This document shows positions 10,783-21,663 of a stretch of DNA of 64,000 bases, piece after piece. Location of the stretch: NCBI GenBank assembly GCA_951813565.1, contig OX638351.1, forward strand, positions 224,001 through 288,000, in the 5' to 3' direction. This stretch comes from an uncultured Poribacteria bacterium (GTDB lineage: Bacteria > Poribacteria > WGA-4E > WGA-3G). The translations under genes and the position numbers were made by a program. Each line of letters opens with the position of its first letter. Positions within the stretch are counted from its first letter, which is position 1. The notes beneath the pieces were generated by a model. The model was not told where the DNA came from, did no database searches, and worked only from the letters and a program-made list of their open reading frames with translations.

Positions 10783-11346
10783 GATGGATTTATGAATGTT
10801 TTTCAGTCGTTACGAGTTTTTGTCTGAATCTTGGATTTACATTGATAATGTGGATTAGGTAGTGTCGCGAGCTGGAGCTCGCTCCTACAGAATGTCCGAG
10901 GCGACAAATACCATAAGCGTATTTGGCAATGAATTGCGGGCCTACGAACATGTTTGTTCTTAGGAGTCAGTCTGGTGCGGTAATGAAACCGTACCATAGG
11001 CGTCAATTTAGGGGATAATTCCCGTCAAACCTTGTAGGGCCAAATCAACACCAAATGCGCTTTTTGGTATTTGGCGGGGTCTCTGTGTCCCGCCATTGCT
11101 GATGTATTCAAACAACAAGCGGGCACCAAATCAAGAAATCAACGGTATGAACGACATTTAGTCATTCACCGGGTCCGAATGCCTTTTGGCATTCCCCGGA
11201 CCCCGCCCTACAGTGGAAAACGCCGCGTAATCATTGCAAATTGAACCTTTGTAGCCAAATATTTACACACCCCTCATGTGAACACAATTTGTAATTTTGA
11301 TGTATTTATGCTACAATAGCATTATCATAAATCAAGGAGGCTAAAA

Positions 11347-11979
11347 ATGGCAAAGATTAATACACTTGTTTTTGCAGGTGGCGCAATTCATAATTGGAAA
11401 GGCTGCAGCGAAGAAATTGTGAAATCACTCTCACAGCGAGATGAATTTGAAATTACTACAGTTGAGGACGATCTCGACGCTCTGGTATCGCCGAACTTAG
11501 ATCCGTACGATCTCATCGTTTTCTATTATACGGTCGGTGAAATTTCGGATGCCCAGAAAAATGGGTTGCTAAACTATGTCGCTTCAGGAAAAGGTTATGT
11601 CGGCATACATTCAGCTGCCGATTCTTTCCGCGGATGCCCAGAATATCGTTCAATGGTCGGTGGATACTTTACAACACATCCACGTTATCGTGACTATCAG
11701 GTCAGTATTGTGGATAATGAACACGAAATCACGCAGGGTCTTGACGAATTCGTCGTGACAGATGAACAGTATATTCTCGATTATGACCCGCGTAATCATG
11801 TGCTTGCTTCAGCATTGTGGAAAGGCGAAGCGATGCCTGTTGCTTGGACTAAGAATTGGGGTGAAGGTAAAGTTTTCTATCTTGCACTCGGACACGACCC
11901 AGCAGCATGTCAGCATGAGAAGTTCAGTACTCTTCTTCAGCGTGGTGCGCTTTGGGCAGGTGCTAACGGTGGAGAATAA
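11347..11979 (+). CDS. ThuA-like domain protein (class I glutamine amidotransferase-like fold)
   Basis: GKGYVGIHSA, GGYF..HP, DEQY, WTKNWGEGKVFYLALGH; AAGGAGG RBS. Confidence 0.85.
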   Translation: MAKINTLVFAGGAIHNWKGCSEEIVKSLSQRDEFEITTVEDDLDALVSPNLDPYDLIVFYYTVGEISDAQKNGLLNYVASGKGYVGIHSAADSFRGCPEYRSMVGGYFTTHPRYRDYQVSIVDNEHEITQGLDEFVVTDEQYILDYDPRNHVLASALWKGEAMPVAWTKNWGEGKVFYLALGHDPAACQHEKFSTLLQRGALWAGANGGE

Positions 11980-12349
11980 ATATTGTTATCTCCACAAGTC
12001 TCAGTCTATCTAATTAAAAACCTGTTAGCAAAATAGATGTATAGGCGGTTCATATCCGTCTATACATTATGCAAATACCAGCGAAAACTCAGCAGTGCTT
12101 CCTAATATGAACGTGAGTTTGATAATATAATTCAATAATCACTGTAGGTTGGGTAGAACGGGATATACAATAAAATCCGACATAAAAGCGTGATTTATTT
12201 TCCATTTAATGCCGAAATTCCAGAGAAGTGAGTGAAACCCAACTCTTAATTACTTCCAAGACGGTTGCCTTGTTGGGTTTCGCTTCGCTCTACCCAACGG
12301 ACATCTACACATAATATCACAAATACCCAGCAGTGCTTCCAAATACAAG

Positions 12350-12973
12350 ATGAAGCAGAAAATCACCGATATTCAGTCACATAGTCAATTTCCTTCACAC
12401 TACCAACTCTTTTTAGACAACAAACCTTTTGTCATAATACCCACTAATCTTGTTGAAAAATTAGGTCTGCGGATCGGTTTAGAAATTGAATCGCAGACTA
12501 TTGAAAAGCTTATCGCAGCAGACGAAGCGATGCGTGCTAAAAATTATGCACTCGGTTTACTACGTGAGAACATTTACAGCAAAACCCAAATGACGCAGCA
12601 GCTTGAACGAGAAGGGTTTAGAGAACAAACAATAAATATAATCATCACGGAATTGATTAATTCAGGGCATATTCGAGACCGGCTATTCGCTGAGAAATGG
12701 ATACAACGGCGGCAGAAGTCAAATCCCCGCGGACGAACGGTGCTAAAACAGGAACTCATTGACAAAGGGGTTGACCCACAGACAGCGGAACAGGTTTTAA
12801 CTGAAGTTAAGACTGAGGACGAGGCAAGGTCAGCACTGCAAATTGCCCAAAAACGTGTGAAACATTATAAACGTTTGCCAATTCATGTGGCAAAACGGAG
12901 ATTACACGGTTTTCTGGCACGCCGTGGGTTTGAATCAGAAATTATCTTACAAGTGATTGAAAATGTTTTATAA
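12350..12973 (+). CDS. recX: regulatory protein RecX
   Basis: DRLFAEKWI, RG..LKQEL..KGV, FLARRGF; upstream of alaS. Confidence 0.85.
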   Translation: MKQKITDIQSHSQFPSHYQLFLDNKPFVIIPTNLVEKLGLRIGLEIESQTIEKLIAADEAMRAKNYALGLLRENIYSKTQMTQQLEREGFREQTINIIITELINSGHIRDRLFAEKWIQRRQKSNPRGRTVLKQELIDKGVDPQTAEQVLTEVKTEDEARSALQIAQKRVKHYKRLPIHVAKRRLHGFLARRGFESEIILQVIENVL

Positions 12974-13005
12974 TTCGCAATTGAACAATATGCAATTATT
13001 TTGCC

Positions 13006-13035
13006 TTGACTTCTTGCGTAAAAATAAACTATAAT
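13006..13035 (+). promoter_or_regulatory. sigma70-like promoter of alaS
   Basis: TTGACT-18 bp-TATAAT. Confidence 0.55.
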
Positions 13036-13062
13036 TGGGTTTATACGGGAGCGGGTTAAAAT

Positions 13063-15723
13063 ATGACATCAGATGAAATCAGAGCAAGTTTTTTAGAATA
13101 TTTCCAAAAAAAAGGACACACAGTTGTCCCGAGTGCTTCGTTAATTCCTGTTGATGATCCAACGTTGTTGTTTACAAATGCGGGTATGAATCAATTCAAG
13201 GATGTCTTCCTTGGAATTGGACAACGGGAATATACAAGAGCGGTAGACACACAGAAATGTCTGCGAGTCAGTGGGAAACACAACGACCTGGAAGAGGTAG
13301 GACATTCACCGAGTCACCACACGTTCTTTGAGATGCTCGGAAATTGGTCATTCGGAGATTACTATAAACAGGAAGCTATTGCATTCGCATGGGAATTAGC
13401 AACGGAGTTGTGGAAAATTCCGGCAGAGCTGCTCTGGGCAACGGTGTACATTGAAGACGATGATGCAGAAAAACTTTGGCTTCAAGAGACTAACCTGCCG
13501 CTTGACCGTATTCGCCGTTGTGATAAAGACAACTTTTGGGAAATGGGTGAGACCGGTCCCTGTGGTCCGTGTAGTGAACTTTTTATTGATTTAGGGGTTG
13601 AAGCATTTCCTGAAACTGCAAACGACCCCGACGCTGGTCCTAACACAAGTGATAGATTCTTAGAATTTTGGAATCTGGTTTTTATTCAATACAATCGGGA
13701 CCAGGATGGGACACTTGAACCTCTTCCTGCTACTCACGTAGATACGGGCATGGGGTTTGAGAGAATCGCCTCAATACTACAAGGAGTTGATTCAAACTAC
13801 AAGACAGACTTGTTTACGCCGCTTCTGGATACGATTTCGGATATGACTGAGACTGCCTACTCACACGACATCAGTGGGCTACCACACCGCGTAATCGCTG
13901 ACCATATCCGATGTTTAACGTTCGCCATTGGAGATGGCGTAATGCCGTCTAACGATGGACGGGGATATGTCATCCGTCGAATTCTGCGGCGTGCTGTGTT
14001 ATATGGCAAAAAATTGGAGATGGACGAACCGTTCATTTATCGCCTTGTTGATAAAGTCGTTGCGTTGCTTGGTGATGTTTTTCCAGATGTTTTGCCACGA
14101 CAGGAGTTTATCACACGCACTATTCAGGCTGAGGAGAATCGTTTTCATCAAACACTTGCACGCGGGTTAGAGATGCTTGGACAGTCAATTGACACACTCA
14201 AAGCGGAAGGTGAAACCCAACTTGATGGCAAACGTGCATTTGAGTTATATGATACATTCGGATTTCCACTTGATCTAACACAACTTTTGACGCGCGAAGA
14301 AGGTTTCACTGTTGATGAAGTCGGTTTTGAAGGCAGCATGGCGGAACAACGCGCACGCGGGCGCGCTGCATGGCAAGCAACAGGTAGTGGTGCGAAAGAC
14401 GATGAAATCGCTGTTTACGCAGAAGTGCTTAAAGAGACTGGTAGCACAGGATTCGTTGGGTATACTGAACACACCGTTGATGCAGAAATTGTAGCACTGA
14501 TTGCAGGAACAGAATCTGTTGCAAGAGCAAAGCAAGATGATGAGGTATCAGTCTTACTCAATCGTACACCATTTTACGGCGAATCAGGGGGACAGATTGG
14601 CGATGTGGGGACACTTGAAAGCGATGGAGCGAAACTTGCTGTGCTTGACACGATAAAACCTTCTCCTGATCTGTTCGTGCATAAGTGCAAAGTCATTGAA
14701 GGTGAGATTACGCCTTTTACCAAAGTTAAGGCACAAATTGACAGCGCACGTCGTAGTTCTATAGCAGTGAGCCACACCGCAACCCATCTGCTTCATAGTG
14801 GATTGCGAAACATTCTCGGAACGCATGTTGCACAAGCAGGATCACTCGTTCAAGCAGGAAGATTACGATTTGATTTTAACCATTATGAAGCCGTTTCATC
14901 GGCGCAACTGCGTGAAATTGAAACATACATCAACGAGAAGATTCGTCAAAATGACACGCTTGACATTAGCGAAATGCCGTTGGATCAAGCAAAAGAAAAG
15001 GGTGCTTTAGCCTTCTTCGGTGATAAATATGGTGATATTGTGCGTGTAGTGAAAGCAGGTGAATATAGCGTAGAATTATGTGGCGGCACACACGTTGAAG
15101 CAACGGGAGAATTAGGTTACGTCAAATTGATGAGTGAAAGTAGTATCGCCGCAGGTGTGCGTCGTGTTGAAGCGCTCACTGGCAGTGCTGCTGTTACAAC
15201 TATTCAGGATGACGAGGAACTGCTTGCAGATGTTGCCAATTTGCTGAAAACGCCAAAAACCGGTTTGTCTGAAAGAATTGAACAACTGCTTCAGGAACAA
15301 CGAGAATTGGAACAGCAAATTCAAAAACTGAAAAGCCAGAACGCACTCTCGAACATTGATACATTAGTTGATGGTGCTACGCTTGTTGAAGGTGTGAAGG
15401 TTGTCGCTTCACGGATAGACAAAACTGAGAGAGATAGTTTGCGGCAGATGGTGGACGCGCTTAAAAATCAACTGAAATCTGGTGTTGTTGCCCTCGCTTC
15501 AGTTACAGGAAATGACGCAGCCTTTATTGTTGGTGTAACATCTGATCTTGTAACAGATAGCGGTTTGCATGCTGGCAAACTCATACAAGCGATAACCGAA
15601 ATTGCTGATGGGCGCGGCGGTGGTCGTCCGGAATTGGCACAAGGCGGCGGTCGAAACCTTGGTAAAGTAGACGCAGCGATTGCTGCGACTACTCAAATTA
15701 TTGAAAACCAACTACAACAGTAA
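13063..15723 (+). CDS. alaS: alanine--tRNA ligase
   Basis: DPTLLFTNAGMNQFK, HHTFFEMLGNWSFGDY, DTGMGFER, HTATHLLH, ELCGGTH. Confidence 0.98.
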   Translation: MTSDEIRASFLEYFQKKGHTVVPSASLIPVDDPTLLFTNAGMNQFKDVFLGIGQREYTRAVDTQKCLRVSGKHNDLEEVGHSPSHHTFFEMLGNWSFGDYYKQEAIAFAWELATELWKIPAELLWATVYIEDDDAEKLWLQETNLPLDRIRRCDKDNFWEMGETGPCGPCSELFIDLGVEAFPETANDPDAGPNTSDRFLEFWNLVFIQYNRDQDGTLEPLPATHVDTGMGFERIASILQGVDSNYKTDLFTPLLDTISDMTETAYSHDISGLPHRVIADHIRCLTFAIGDGVMPSNDGRGYVIRRILRRAVLYGKKLEMDEPFIYRLVDKVVALLGDVFPDVLPRQEFITRTIQAEENRFHQTLARGLEMLGQSIDTLKAEGETQLDGKRAFELYDTFGFPLDLTQLLTREEGFTVDEVGFEGSMAEQRARGRAAWQATGSGAKDDEIAVYAEVLKETGSTGFVGYTEHTVDAEIVALIAGTESVARAKQDDEVSVLLNRTPFYGESGGQIGDVGTLESDGAKLAVLDTIKPSPDLFVHKCKVIEGEITPFTKVKAQIDSARRSSIAVSHTATHLLHSGLRNILGTHVAQAGSLVQAGRLRFDFNHYEAVSSAQLREIETYINEKIRQNDTLDISEMPLDQAKEKGALAFFGDKYGDIVRVVKAGEYSVELCGGTHVEATGELGYVKLMSESSIAAGVRRVEALTGSAAVTTIQDDEELLADVANLLKTPKTGLSERIEQLLQEQRELEQQIQKLKSQNALSNIDTLVDGATLVEGVKVVASRIDKTERDSLRQMVDALKNQLKSGVVALASVTGNDAAFIVGVTSDLVTDSGLHAGKLIQAITEIADGRGGGRPELAQGGGRNLGKVDAAIAATTQIIENQLQQ

Positions 15724-15798
15724 TATGAACTTGCGTTTGAAATTGGTTCATCTTTGTAACCATTTTGCGAACGCGTAAGAATAGGGAAGATAAAACAC

Positions 15799-16431
15799 AT
15801 GGAATGGAGTTTTATTGTTTCAATTTTTTGGAAATGCAGTCTTGGTGTAGCGCTAATTGCTTTAACTATTTTAATTGGCTATTTATGTGCAACACTCGGT
15901 AGTTTAAGAAATTCTCTAAGTAGTATTCAGAACACGCTTAATTCTACAGAAAACCTCGTCAATCAAGAAGTTGGAATACTCATAACAGACGTTAGTCAAA
16001 CTGTGAAAGAGATCAACAAAGAGTTGCCTCAACTGCTACAAAATATCAACGGTGTTACAGCATCAATACAGCAGATTAGCGAAAATGAGGTGCAACCTAC
16101 TTTACATAACGTGCAAGAATTGACGGAAACGTTGAATCAAAGTGTGCAGGAACTTGAGTTACTTGTAGAAAAAGTATCTACTTTTTCAGGTCAAACCATT
16201 GAACAAGCAGCGTATTTCCGTAATCAAGTCGCGGTCTCACTTGCAGATATTGTGAGCATGTGGCATGGGTTAAAAGCAGGCTGGGACAGACTTTATAAAT
16301 CATCTCATTCAAATGGCGCAACTCAACCTAATGCTGAAAACAATGAATCTCAACCGACTGTAGAATCTGTACAAAATGACGAAGCGGAAACGGAAACTCC
16401 GATGGATCAATCTGAAGTCGTTGTTGAGTAG
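15799..16431 (+). CDS. YoxC/DUF948-like membrane-anchored coiled-coil protein
   Basis: N-terminal TM followed by heptad-rich helix; upstream of a YtxH-like gene. Confidence 0.6.
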   Translation: MEWSFIVSIFWKCSLGVALIALTILIGYLCATLGSLRNSLSSIQNTLNSTENLVNQEVGILITDVSQTVKEINKELPQLLQNINGVTASIQQISENEVQPTLHNVQELTETLNQSVQELELLVEKVSTFSGQTIEQAAYFRNQVAVSLADIVSMWHGLKAGWDRLYKSSHSNGATQPNAENNESQPTVESVQNDEAETETPMDQSEVVVE

Positions 16432-16647
16432 TAAATTTGGGGCACTTTTGGAAATTAACTGTTTCATTAGAATGTTGCTCAACATGCATGTCGGTAAAAA
16501 ATTGAAAAAAGATTGACGAATATCCACTTAATTGAAAAGAAATATCTGAAATAAACGTATATACTAAAGGAATGAACAATTTCATCCTAACGTGGTAAGT
16601 CAACATTATATTAACGACTTACACTTATATATAGAAAGGATAAACTC

Positions 16648-17058
16648 ATGAGTAACGATGGACGTAACAATGGATTGACAATGATTTTTGCTTTTTGCAC
16701 CGGTTTTTTGACAGGTGCGGTAATTAGTCTACTCTATGCGCCAGCACCTGGTAAAGAGACTCGACAGAAAATCCGAGATACTTCTGCTCAGGCAAAAGAT
16801 AAGACACTGGAATTCGCTCAACATGCTGGTGATGCAGCAAAAGAAAATGTGCAGCACATAGTGGATCAAGGGAAGGAAAGTGTACAAGGACTCGTTGAAG
16901 TCGGCAAAGAACGTGTTAAAGATGCAACGAGTCAGGTAAAATCCGCAGTTGAAACTGGAAAAAAAGTTTCTTCCGAAGTGCGAAGTAAAATCACTGATAC
17001 GATTCCTGGACTTAACAATGATAAGAAATCTGGTAAGAAATCAACTGAAGAAGCATAA
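16648..17058 (+). CDS. YtxH-domain protein
   Basis: GAVISLLYAPAPGKETR motif. Confidence 0.85.
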   Translation: MSNDGRNNGLTMIFAFCTGFLTGAVISLLYAPAPGKETRQKIRDTSAQAKDKTLEFAQHAGDAAKENVQHIVDQGKESVQGLVEVGKERVKDATSQVKSAVETGKKVSSEVRSKITDTIPGLNNDKKSGKKSTEEA

Positions 17059-17142
17059 TATGCACATTTCTGAAGTTGTAGATACCACTTTTACTTGTCT
17101 GTAGCGGAATTTCTAACACACTATTACATTCATTTCAACGGT

Positions 17143-17889
17143 ATGGAAGTTGAAAAATTAAGAACTCTCCTTGAGAAGGTCAAAAGTGGGGAGATTGAGG
17201 TCAGTGATGCACTTCAATCTCTCCGCACCCTCCCTTTTGAAGACCTCGGTTTTTCTAAAATTGACCACCATAGACAACTTCGGACCGGTTTTCCTGAAGT
17301 CATCTTCTGCGAAGGGAAAACTGATGCCCAAGTTGCGAAAATCAGCGAACATATCCTCAATGCTGGACACCCACTTCTGGCAACGCGCGCTACACCCTCA
17401 ATGTCCGAAGCAGTCAAAGCACTCCATCCCGAAGCACGTTATAACGAACTCGGACGAACAATTTCAGTTTTGCAATCTGATGTAGAAGGTAAGACGGGAG
17501 TTTTGATTATTTCTGCTGGCACTTCTGATTTACCTGTAGCTGAAGAAGCTGCTGAAACCGCATATATGATGGGCAATTCACCTGAACGTCTTTATGACGT
17601 TGGGGTCGCCGGATTACATAGACTAATAAGTAATCACGAAAAACTTCTGAATGCGCGTGTTATTGTCGTAGTTGCAGGTATGGAAGGGGCATTACCGAGC
17701 GTTGTTGGTGGTTTAGTTAATTGTCCTGTCATCGCTGTGCCAACAAGCGTTGGATACGGTGCCAGTTTCGGCGGACTCGCGGCGCTGCTTGGTATGCTAA
17801 ACAGTTGTGCCTCTGGTGTTACTGTTGTCAACATTGATAACGGGTTTGGTGCTGGCTATAGTGCTGCGCTTATTAATCGGTTGTCATAA
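17143..17889 (+). CDS. larB: nickel pincer cofactor biosynthesis protein LarB (AIR carboxylase-like)
   Basis: [52 protein letters not shown]. Confidence 0.92.
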   Translation: MEVEKLRTLLEKVKSGEIEVSDALQSLRTLPFEDLGFSKIDHHRQLRTGFPEVIFCEGKTDAQVAKISEHILNAGHPLLATRATPSMSEAVKALHPEARYNELGRTISVLQSDVEGKTGVLIISAGTSDLPVAEEAAETAYMMGNSPERLYDVGVAGLHRLISNHEKLLNARVIVVVAGMEGALPSVVGGLVNCPVIAVPTSVGYGASFGGLAALLGMLNSCASGVTVVNIDNGFGAGYSAALINRLS

Positions 17890-18022
17890 TCCAATGCTTT
17901 CTTCCTGTGAATCAACGCTGAATGCGCTTATGGCATTCAGCGGGAGCGAGCTCCAGCCCGCGACTTTTATTTATTAACGCACTGTACATGATGTTTCACA
18001 TCAATTAGTGAATGGGAACACA

Positions 18023-18496
18023 ATGAAACAAATCCCAAACAGAGGACATCGTCAATTACGAAAAGGCAGATACTCATTACCCGGGGCTTACTATTTCCTG
18101 ACTTTATCCATTATTAACAAAGAACCTATTCTTGCAAATGCCGAGATTGCGGATACTATTTTTGAATCTTTTGAATGGTTAGAATCTAATGAGCGTCTCA
18201 GATGTTTTTGTGTTATTGTGATGCCTAACCATATCCATGCTGTCATCCAATTAAGAAGCGAACAAACCTTATCCAGACTCATGCAATCGTTCAAAAGTTT
18301 CACAGCGAAGCAGATTAACACACAATTAGGACGAAGCGGATCTGTCTGGCAAGAGACTTATTATGAACATGGAATAAGACGAAATGGATCGTTGAATGAA
18401 ACCATTCGATATTGTTATGAAAATCCTGTGAGGAAGGGATTAGTAAAGGAAGCACAGGAGTATCCGTATTGGAGATGTAAGTTCAGGATGGAATGA
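18023..18496 (+). CDS. rayT: REP-associated tyrosine transposase (RAYT)
   Basis: LRKGRYS.PG..YFLT, MPNHIH (HUH), FKSFTA, WQ..YYEH.IR, Y..ENPV.KGL; flanked by inverted REPs. Confidence 0.92.
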   Translation: MKQIPNRGHRQLRKGRYSLPGAYYFLTLSIINKEPILANAEIADTIFESFEWLESNERLRCFCVIVMPNHIHAVIQLRSEQTLSRLMQSFKSFTAKQINTQLGRSGSVWQETYYEHGIRRNGSLNETIRYCYENPVRKGLVKEAQEYPYWRCKFRME

Positions 18497-18501
18497 TGGG
18501 A

Positions 18502-18830
18502 GTCGCGAGCTGGAGCTCGCTCCTACAGGAAGACGGAAAGAGGTCGCGAGCTGGAGGTTGTTCTTACAAGAAAAAGACGGAAGAGGTCGCGAGCTGGAGG
18601 TTGTTCCTACAAGAAAAAGACGGAAGAGGTCGCGAGCTGGAGGTTGTTCCTACAAGAAAAAGACGGAAAGAGGTCGCGAGCTGGAGGTTGTTCTTACAAG
18701 AAAAAGACGGAAGAGTCGCGAGCTGGAGCTCGCTCCTACAGGAAGACGGAAAGAGGTCGCGAGCTGGAGGTTGTTCCTACAAGAAAAAGACGGAAGAGGT
18801 CGCGAGCTGGAGCTCGCTCCTACAGGAAGA
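18502..18830 (-). repeat. tandem array of 8 REP units (41-44 bp)
   Basis: Units start at 18502, 18543, 18586, 18629, 18673, 18715, 18756, 18799; minus strand GTAGGAGCGAGCTCCAGCTCGCGAC (type A) or GTA(G/A)GAACAACCTCCAGCTCGCGAC (type B). Confidence 0.95.
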
Positions 18831-18845
18831 GCATATAAACAAAAC

Positions 18846-18874
18846 TTGACCAAAAACTGAATATTTGATATAAT
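18846..18874 (+). promoter_or_regulatory. sigma70-like promoter of the ABC genes
   Basis: TTGACC-17 bp-TATAAT with extended TG. Confidence 0.6.
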
Positions 18875-18906
18875 ACACCTATAAGCAAAAACTCAGGAGA
18901 TAAGAA

Positions 18907-19584
18907 TTGAATCAGCAAGCACCTATTGAAGAACAGATAGATCTCCCATTTTTAGAATCGCTACGGATAAGTTTCCAAAGCCTAAAAATCCGTTTTGGTC
19001 GTTCTGTTATTACGACAGCCGGTATCACGCTTGGCATCGCTTTTCTCGTTTCCGTTTGGACAAATAACGAAATAGAATTTGCACTTCAGGAGAGCGGGCG
19101 AAGTTCAGCGATTACTAATCTGGATGAGGTATCTGACCAGGGGATTTCAACTAAAGATGTCTGGCTTATTATTATGTCTTTAATTGTCTGTGTAGTTGGA
19201 ATTGCCAACTCTATGCTGATGGCAGTGACAGAGCGGTTCCGTGAAATCGGCACGATGAAATGTCTCGGCGCGCTGGACGGGTTTGTCGTACGGCTATTTT
19301 TATTGGAGTCGGGTTTCCAAGGATTTGCTGGCGCACTCATTGGTGCACTGATTGGCATGCTGGGTGCTGTCATTTTAGGCTTGAAAAACTACGGGCTTGA
19401 TCTGTTCTTTTATTTCCCATTGTTGCCTGCGCGTCCAGAAAACGGACCATTCCAACTTGGCGTGTTGTTGCTGATTCTATTTGGATGTGTGCTTGGAATG
19501 ATTTTGGCTGTTATCGGGTCATCGTTTCCTGCATGGCGTGCAGCGAAATTGCCACCTGCTGAAGCAATGCGGACTGAGGTTTAA
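18907..19584 (+). CDS. FtsX-like ABC permease
   Basis: NSMLMAVTERFREIGTMKCLGA; PAWRAAKLPPAEAMR. Confidence 0.88.
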   Translation: MNQQAPIEEQIDLPFLESLRISFQSLKIRFGRSVITTAGITLGIAFLVSVWTNNEIEFALQESGRSSAITNLDEVSDQGISTKDVWLIIMSLIVCVVGIANSMLMAVTERFREIGTMKCLGALDGFVVRLFLLESGFQGFAGALIGALIGMLGAVILGLKNYGLDLFFYFPLLPARPENGPFQLGVLLLILFGCVLGMILAVIGSSFPAWRAAKLPPAEAMRTEV

Positions 19585-19766
19585 TCTCATCAAAAACATT
19601 CAGTATCGGGCTATAAAGCCCTCCTACAGGAAGAAGGAAGAGGAGCTGAATGTAAGAGGCGCAATGAATTGCGCGACTACAAACGCTGTAAATAGAAGAA
19701 ATATAGATATTCTAAATTTATTACATAATCGCAATTGTAGTTTGGGAACAGACAGAAGGAATTACT

Positions 19767-20498
19767 ATGCCGGATATTGTTGTAAAAACTGAGGATGTCG
19801 TAAAAGAATACCGAATGGGTTCAAATGTTCTTCGTGCTTTGGACGGTATCAATATTGAAATTCAACGCGGAGAATATATCTCATTGATGGGACCTTCTGG
19901 TTCCGGTAAATCAACCTTGTTTAACATGATCGGTGCGCTTGACCGACCAACTGAGGGACAAGTGTACATTGATGGACAGAATATGTCGCACCTTTCACAA
20001 CGGCAGATCGCAGCATTTCGGTGTCACCGTGTTGGCTATATCTTTCAGAGTTACAACTTATTGAACGTTCGCACCGCACACGGCAATGTAACGTTGCCAA
20101 TGATTTTTGCTGGTATCCCCGATAAACAACGGAATGAAAAAGCTGAAAAACTGTTAGATAAGGTTGGTTTAGGCGATAGGATGTATCACCTTCCCGATGA
20201 ACTCTCTGGCGGTCAGCGTCAACGTGTTGCCATTGCCAGAGCACTTGCAAATGACCCCAGCATTATCCTTGCTGACGAACCCACGGCAAACCTTGATACG
20301 ATTACGGGACGCGAGATTATTGACCTTATCAAGCAATTGAATACAGAACAGGGTGTGACCGTGATTTCAGCAACACACGACTTGAAAATGCTTGATGTCT
20401 CTGACCGCATTGTGGATATACGCGACGGACTTGTGGAACGGATTCGGAACCGTGATGAGATTGAAATTGAAGTTGGAGAAGTTGGTGGTCACGAATAA
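19767..20498 (+). CDS. ABC transporter ATP-binding protein (LolD/MacB-like)
   Basis: GPSGSGKS, LSGGQRQR, DEPT, THD. Confidence 0.93.
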   Translation: MPDIVVKTEDVVKEYRMGSNVLRALDGINIEIQRGEYISLMGPSGSGKSTLFNMIGALDRPTEGQVYIDGQNMSHLSQRQIAAFRCHRVGYIFQSYNLLNVRTAHGNVTLPMIFAGIPDKQRNEKAEKLLDKVGLGDRMYHLPDELSGGQRQRVAIARALANDPSIILADEPTANLDTITGREIIDLIKQLNTEQGVTVISATHDLKMLDVSDRIVDIRDGLVERIRNRDEIEIEVGEVGGHE

Positions 20499-20510
20499 AC
20501 CTTCTGTGTA

Positions 20511-21536
20511 TTACTTCAAAATTTCAGACAACTGAACAGGACGATTTTCACGGAGCGATTTTAAAGCGGCATAACCCATCACAATAGGGGCGCGACCATC
20601 AATACCTGTAACTGGTGGTTGTGTGTTTTCCTTAATACATCTTATAAACGCATGCAACTCCGATAGATACGCTTCCTTATAGCGTTCAACAAAAAAATAT
20701 AGTGGCGATGCAGCGCTACTCCCTTCACTCCCGCTGAAAGTTACTGTATTTGTCAGCGGATTTCCAGCTACAACCATTCCCTTTGAGCCGAAAACTTCTA
20801 CACGCTGGTCATAGCCATAGATAGCCTCTCTGCTGTTATCAATTGTCGCGAGCACTCCGTTTTGGAAGCGCAGCGTAATTACTGCGGTATCAATGTCTCC
20901 TGCCTCACCGATCTTTGGATCAACACGTACGTCTCCTACGGCATAAACTTCAACCACTTCGTCATCAATGAGATACCGCGCCATATCAAAATCGTGGATC
21001 GTCATGTCAAGGAAAATCCCACCCGAAAGCTTGACATATTCTATCGGCGGAGGGGCTGGGTCACGGCTTGTGATGCGCAAAATGTGCGGTTCACCTATCT
21101 CACCAGAGGTGACTGCCTCGCGCACCCGCATGAAGTTCGTATCAAACCTGCGATTAAAACCGACCTGAAATTTTACCTCTGCTTTTTCAACAATCGCTAA
21201 CGTTTCGTCAATCTGTTTCAAATCTAAGGCAATCGGTTTTTCGCAAAAGATATGTTTTCCTGCCTCGGCTGCAGCTTGGCATATTTCAACGTGTGTATCC
21301 GTTGAAGAGGCAACAATAACCGCATCAATCTGTGAATTGCTTAAAAGGGTTGGATAATCGGAAGTTATCTGAGGAATGTTGAACTGTTCAGTAAGGGTTT
21401 GTGCCGTTTCGGTGTCTAAACTGCAAATCGCTATGAGTTCTGCATCGGGTATATTTTGGGAGAGGTGTTGAATGTGGAGTTTGCCGATGCGTCCCGTGCC
21501 GATTACACCGACACCGATTTTTGGAGGTTTGTTCAT
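20511..21536 (-). CDS. iolG: inositol 2-dehydrogenase (Gfo/Idh/MocA family)
   Basis: GTGRIG, CEKP, GFNRRFD, SRDP, DMTIHDFD, YGYDQRVE. Confidence 0.88.
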   Translation of the reverse strand: MNKPPKIGVGVIGTGRIGKLHIQHLSQNIPDAELIAICSLDTETAQTLTEQFNIPQITSDYPTLLSNSQIDAVIVASSTDTHVEICQAAAEAGKHIFCEKPIALDLKQIDETLAIVEKAEVKFQVGFNRRFDTNFMRVREAVTSGEIGEPHILRITSRDPAPPPIEYVKLSGGIFLDMTIHDFDMARYLIDDEVVEVYAVGDVRVDPKIGEAGDIDTAVITLRFQNGVLATIDNSREAIYGYDQRVEVFGSKGMVVAGNPLTNTVTFSGSEGSSAASPLYFFVERYKEAYLSELHAFIRCIKENTQPPVTGIDGRAPIVMGYAALKSLRENRPVQLSEILK

Positions 21537-21663
21537 GGGAATTTGTCTGAACCAGGATTTACAGGATTACAAGATTTTCAGGATTAGAAATGTGAATCTT
21601 TATACCATTTCTATACGTTTTGATTGCATAATTTTGTAGGTCGGGTAGAGCGAACGCGAAACC

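Noticed and set aside
18502..18830. CRISPR array
   Set aside because: Inter-repeat segments are nearly identical rather than unique spacers, there are no cas genes, and the units are GTAG-type REPs beside a RAYT.
18493..18860. Repetitive ORFs in all three frames over the array
   Set aside because: They are a by-product of a stop-free tandem repeat.
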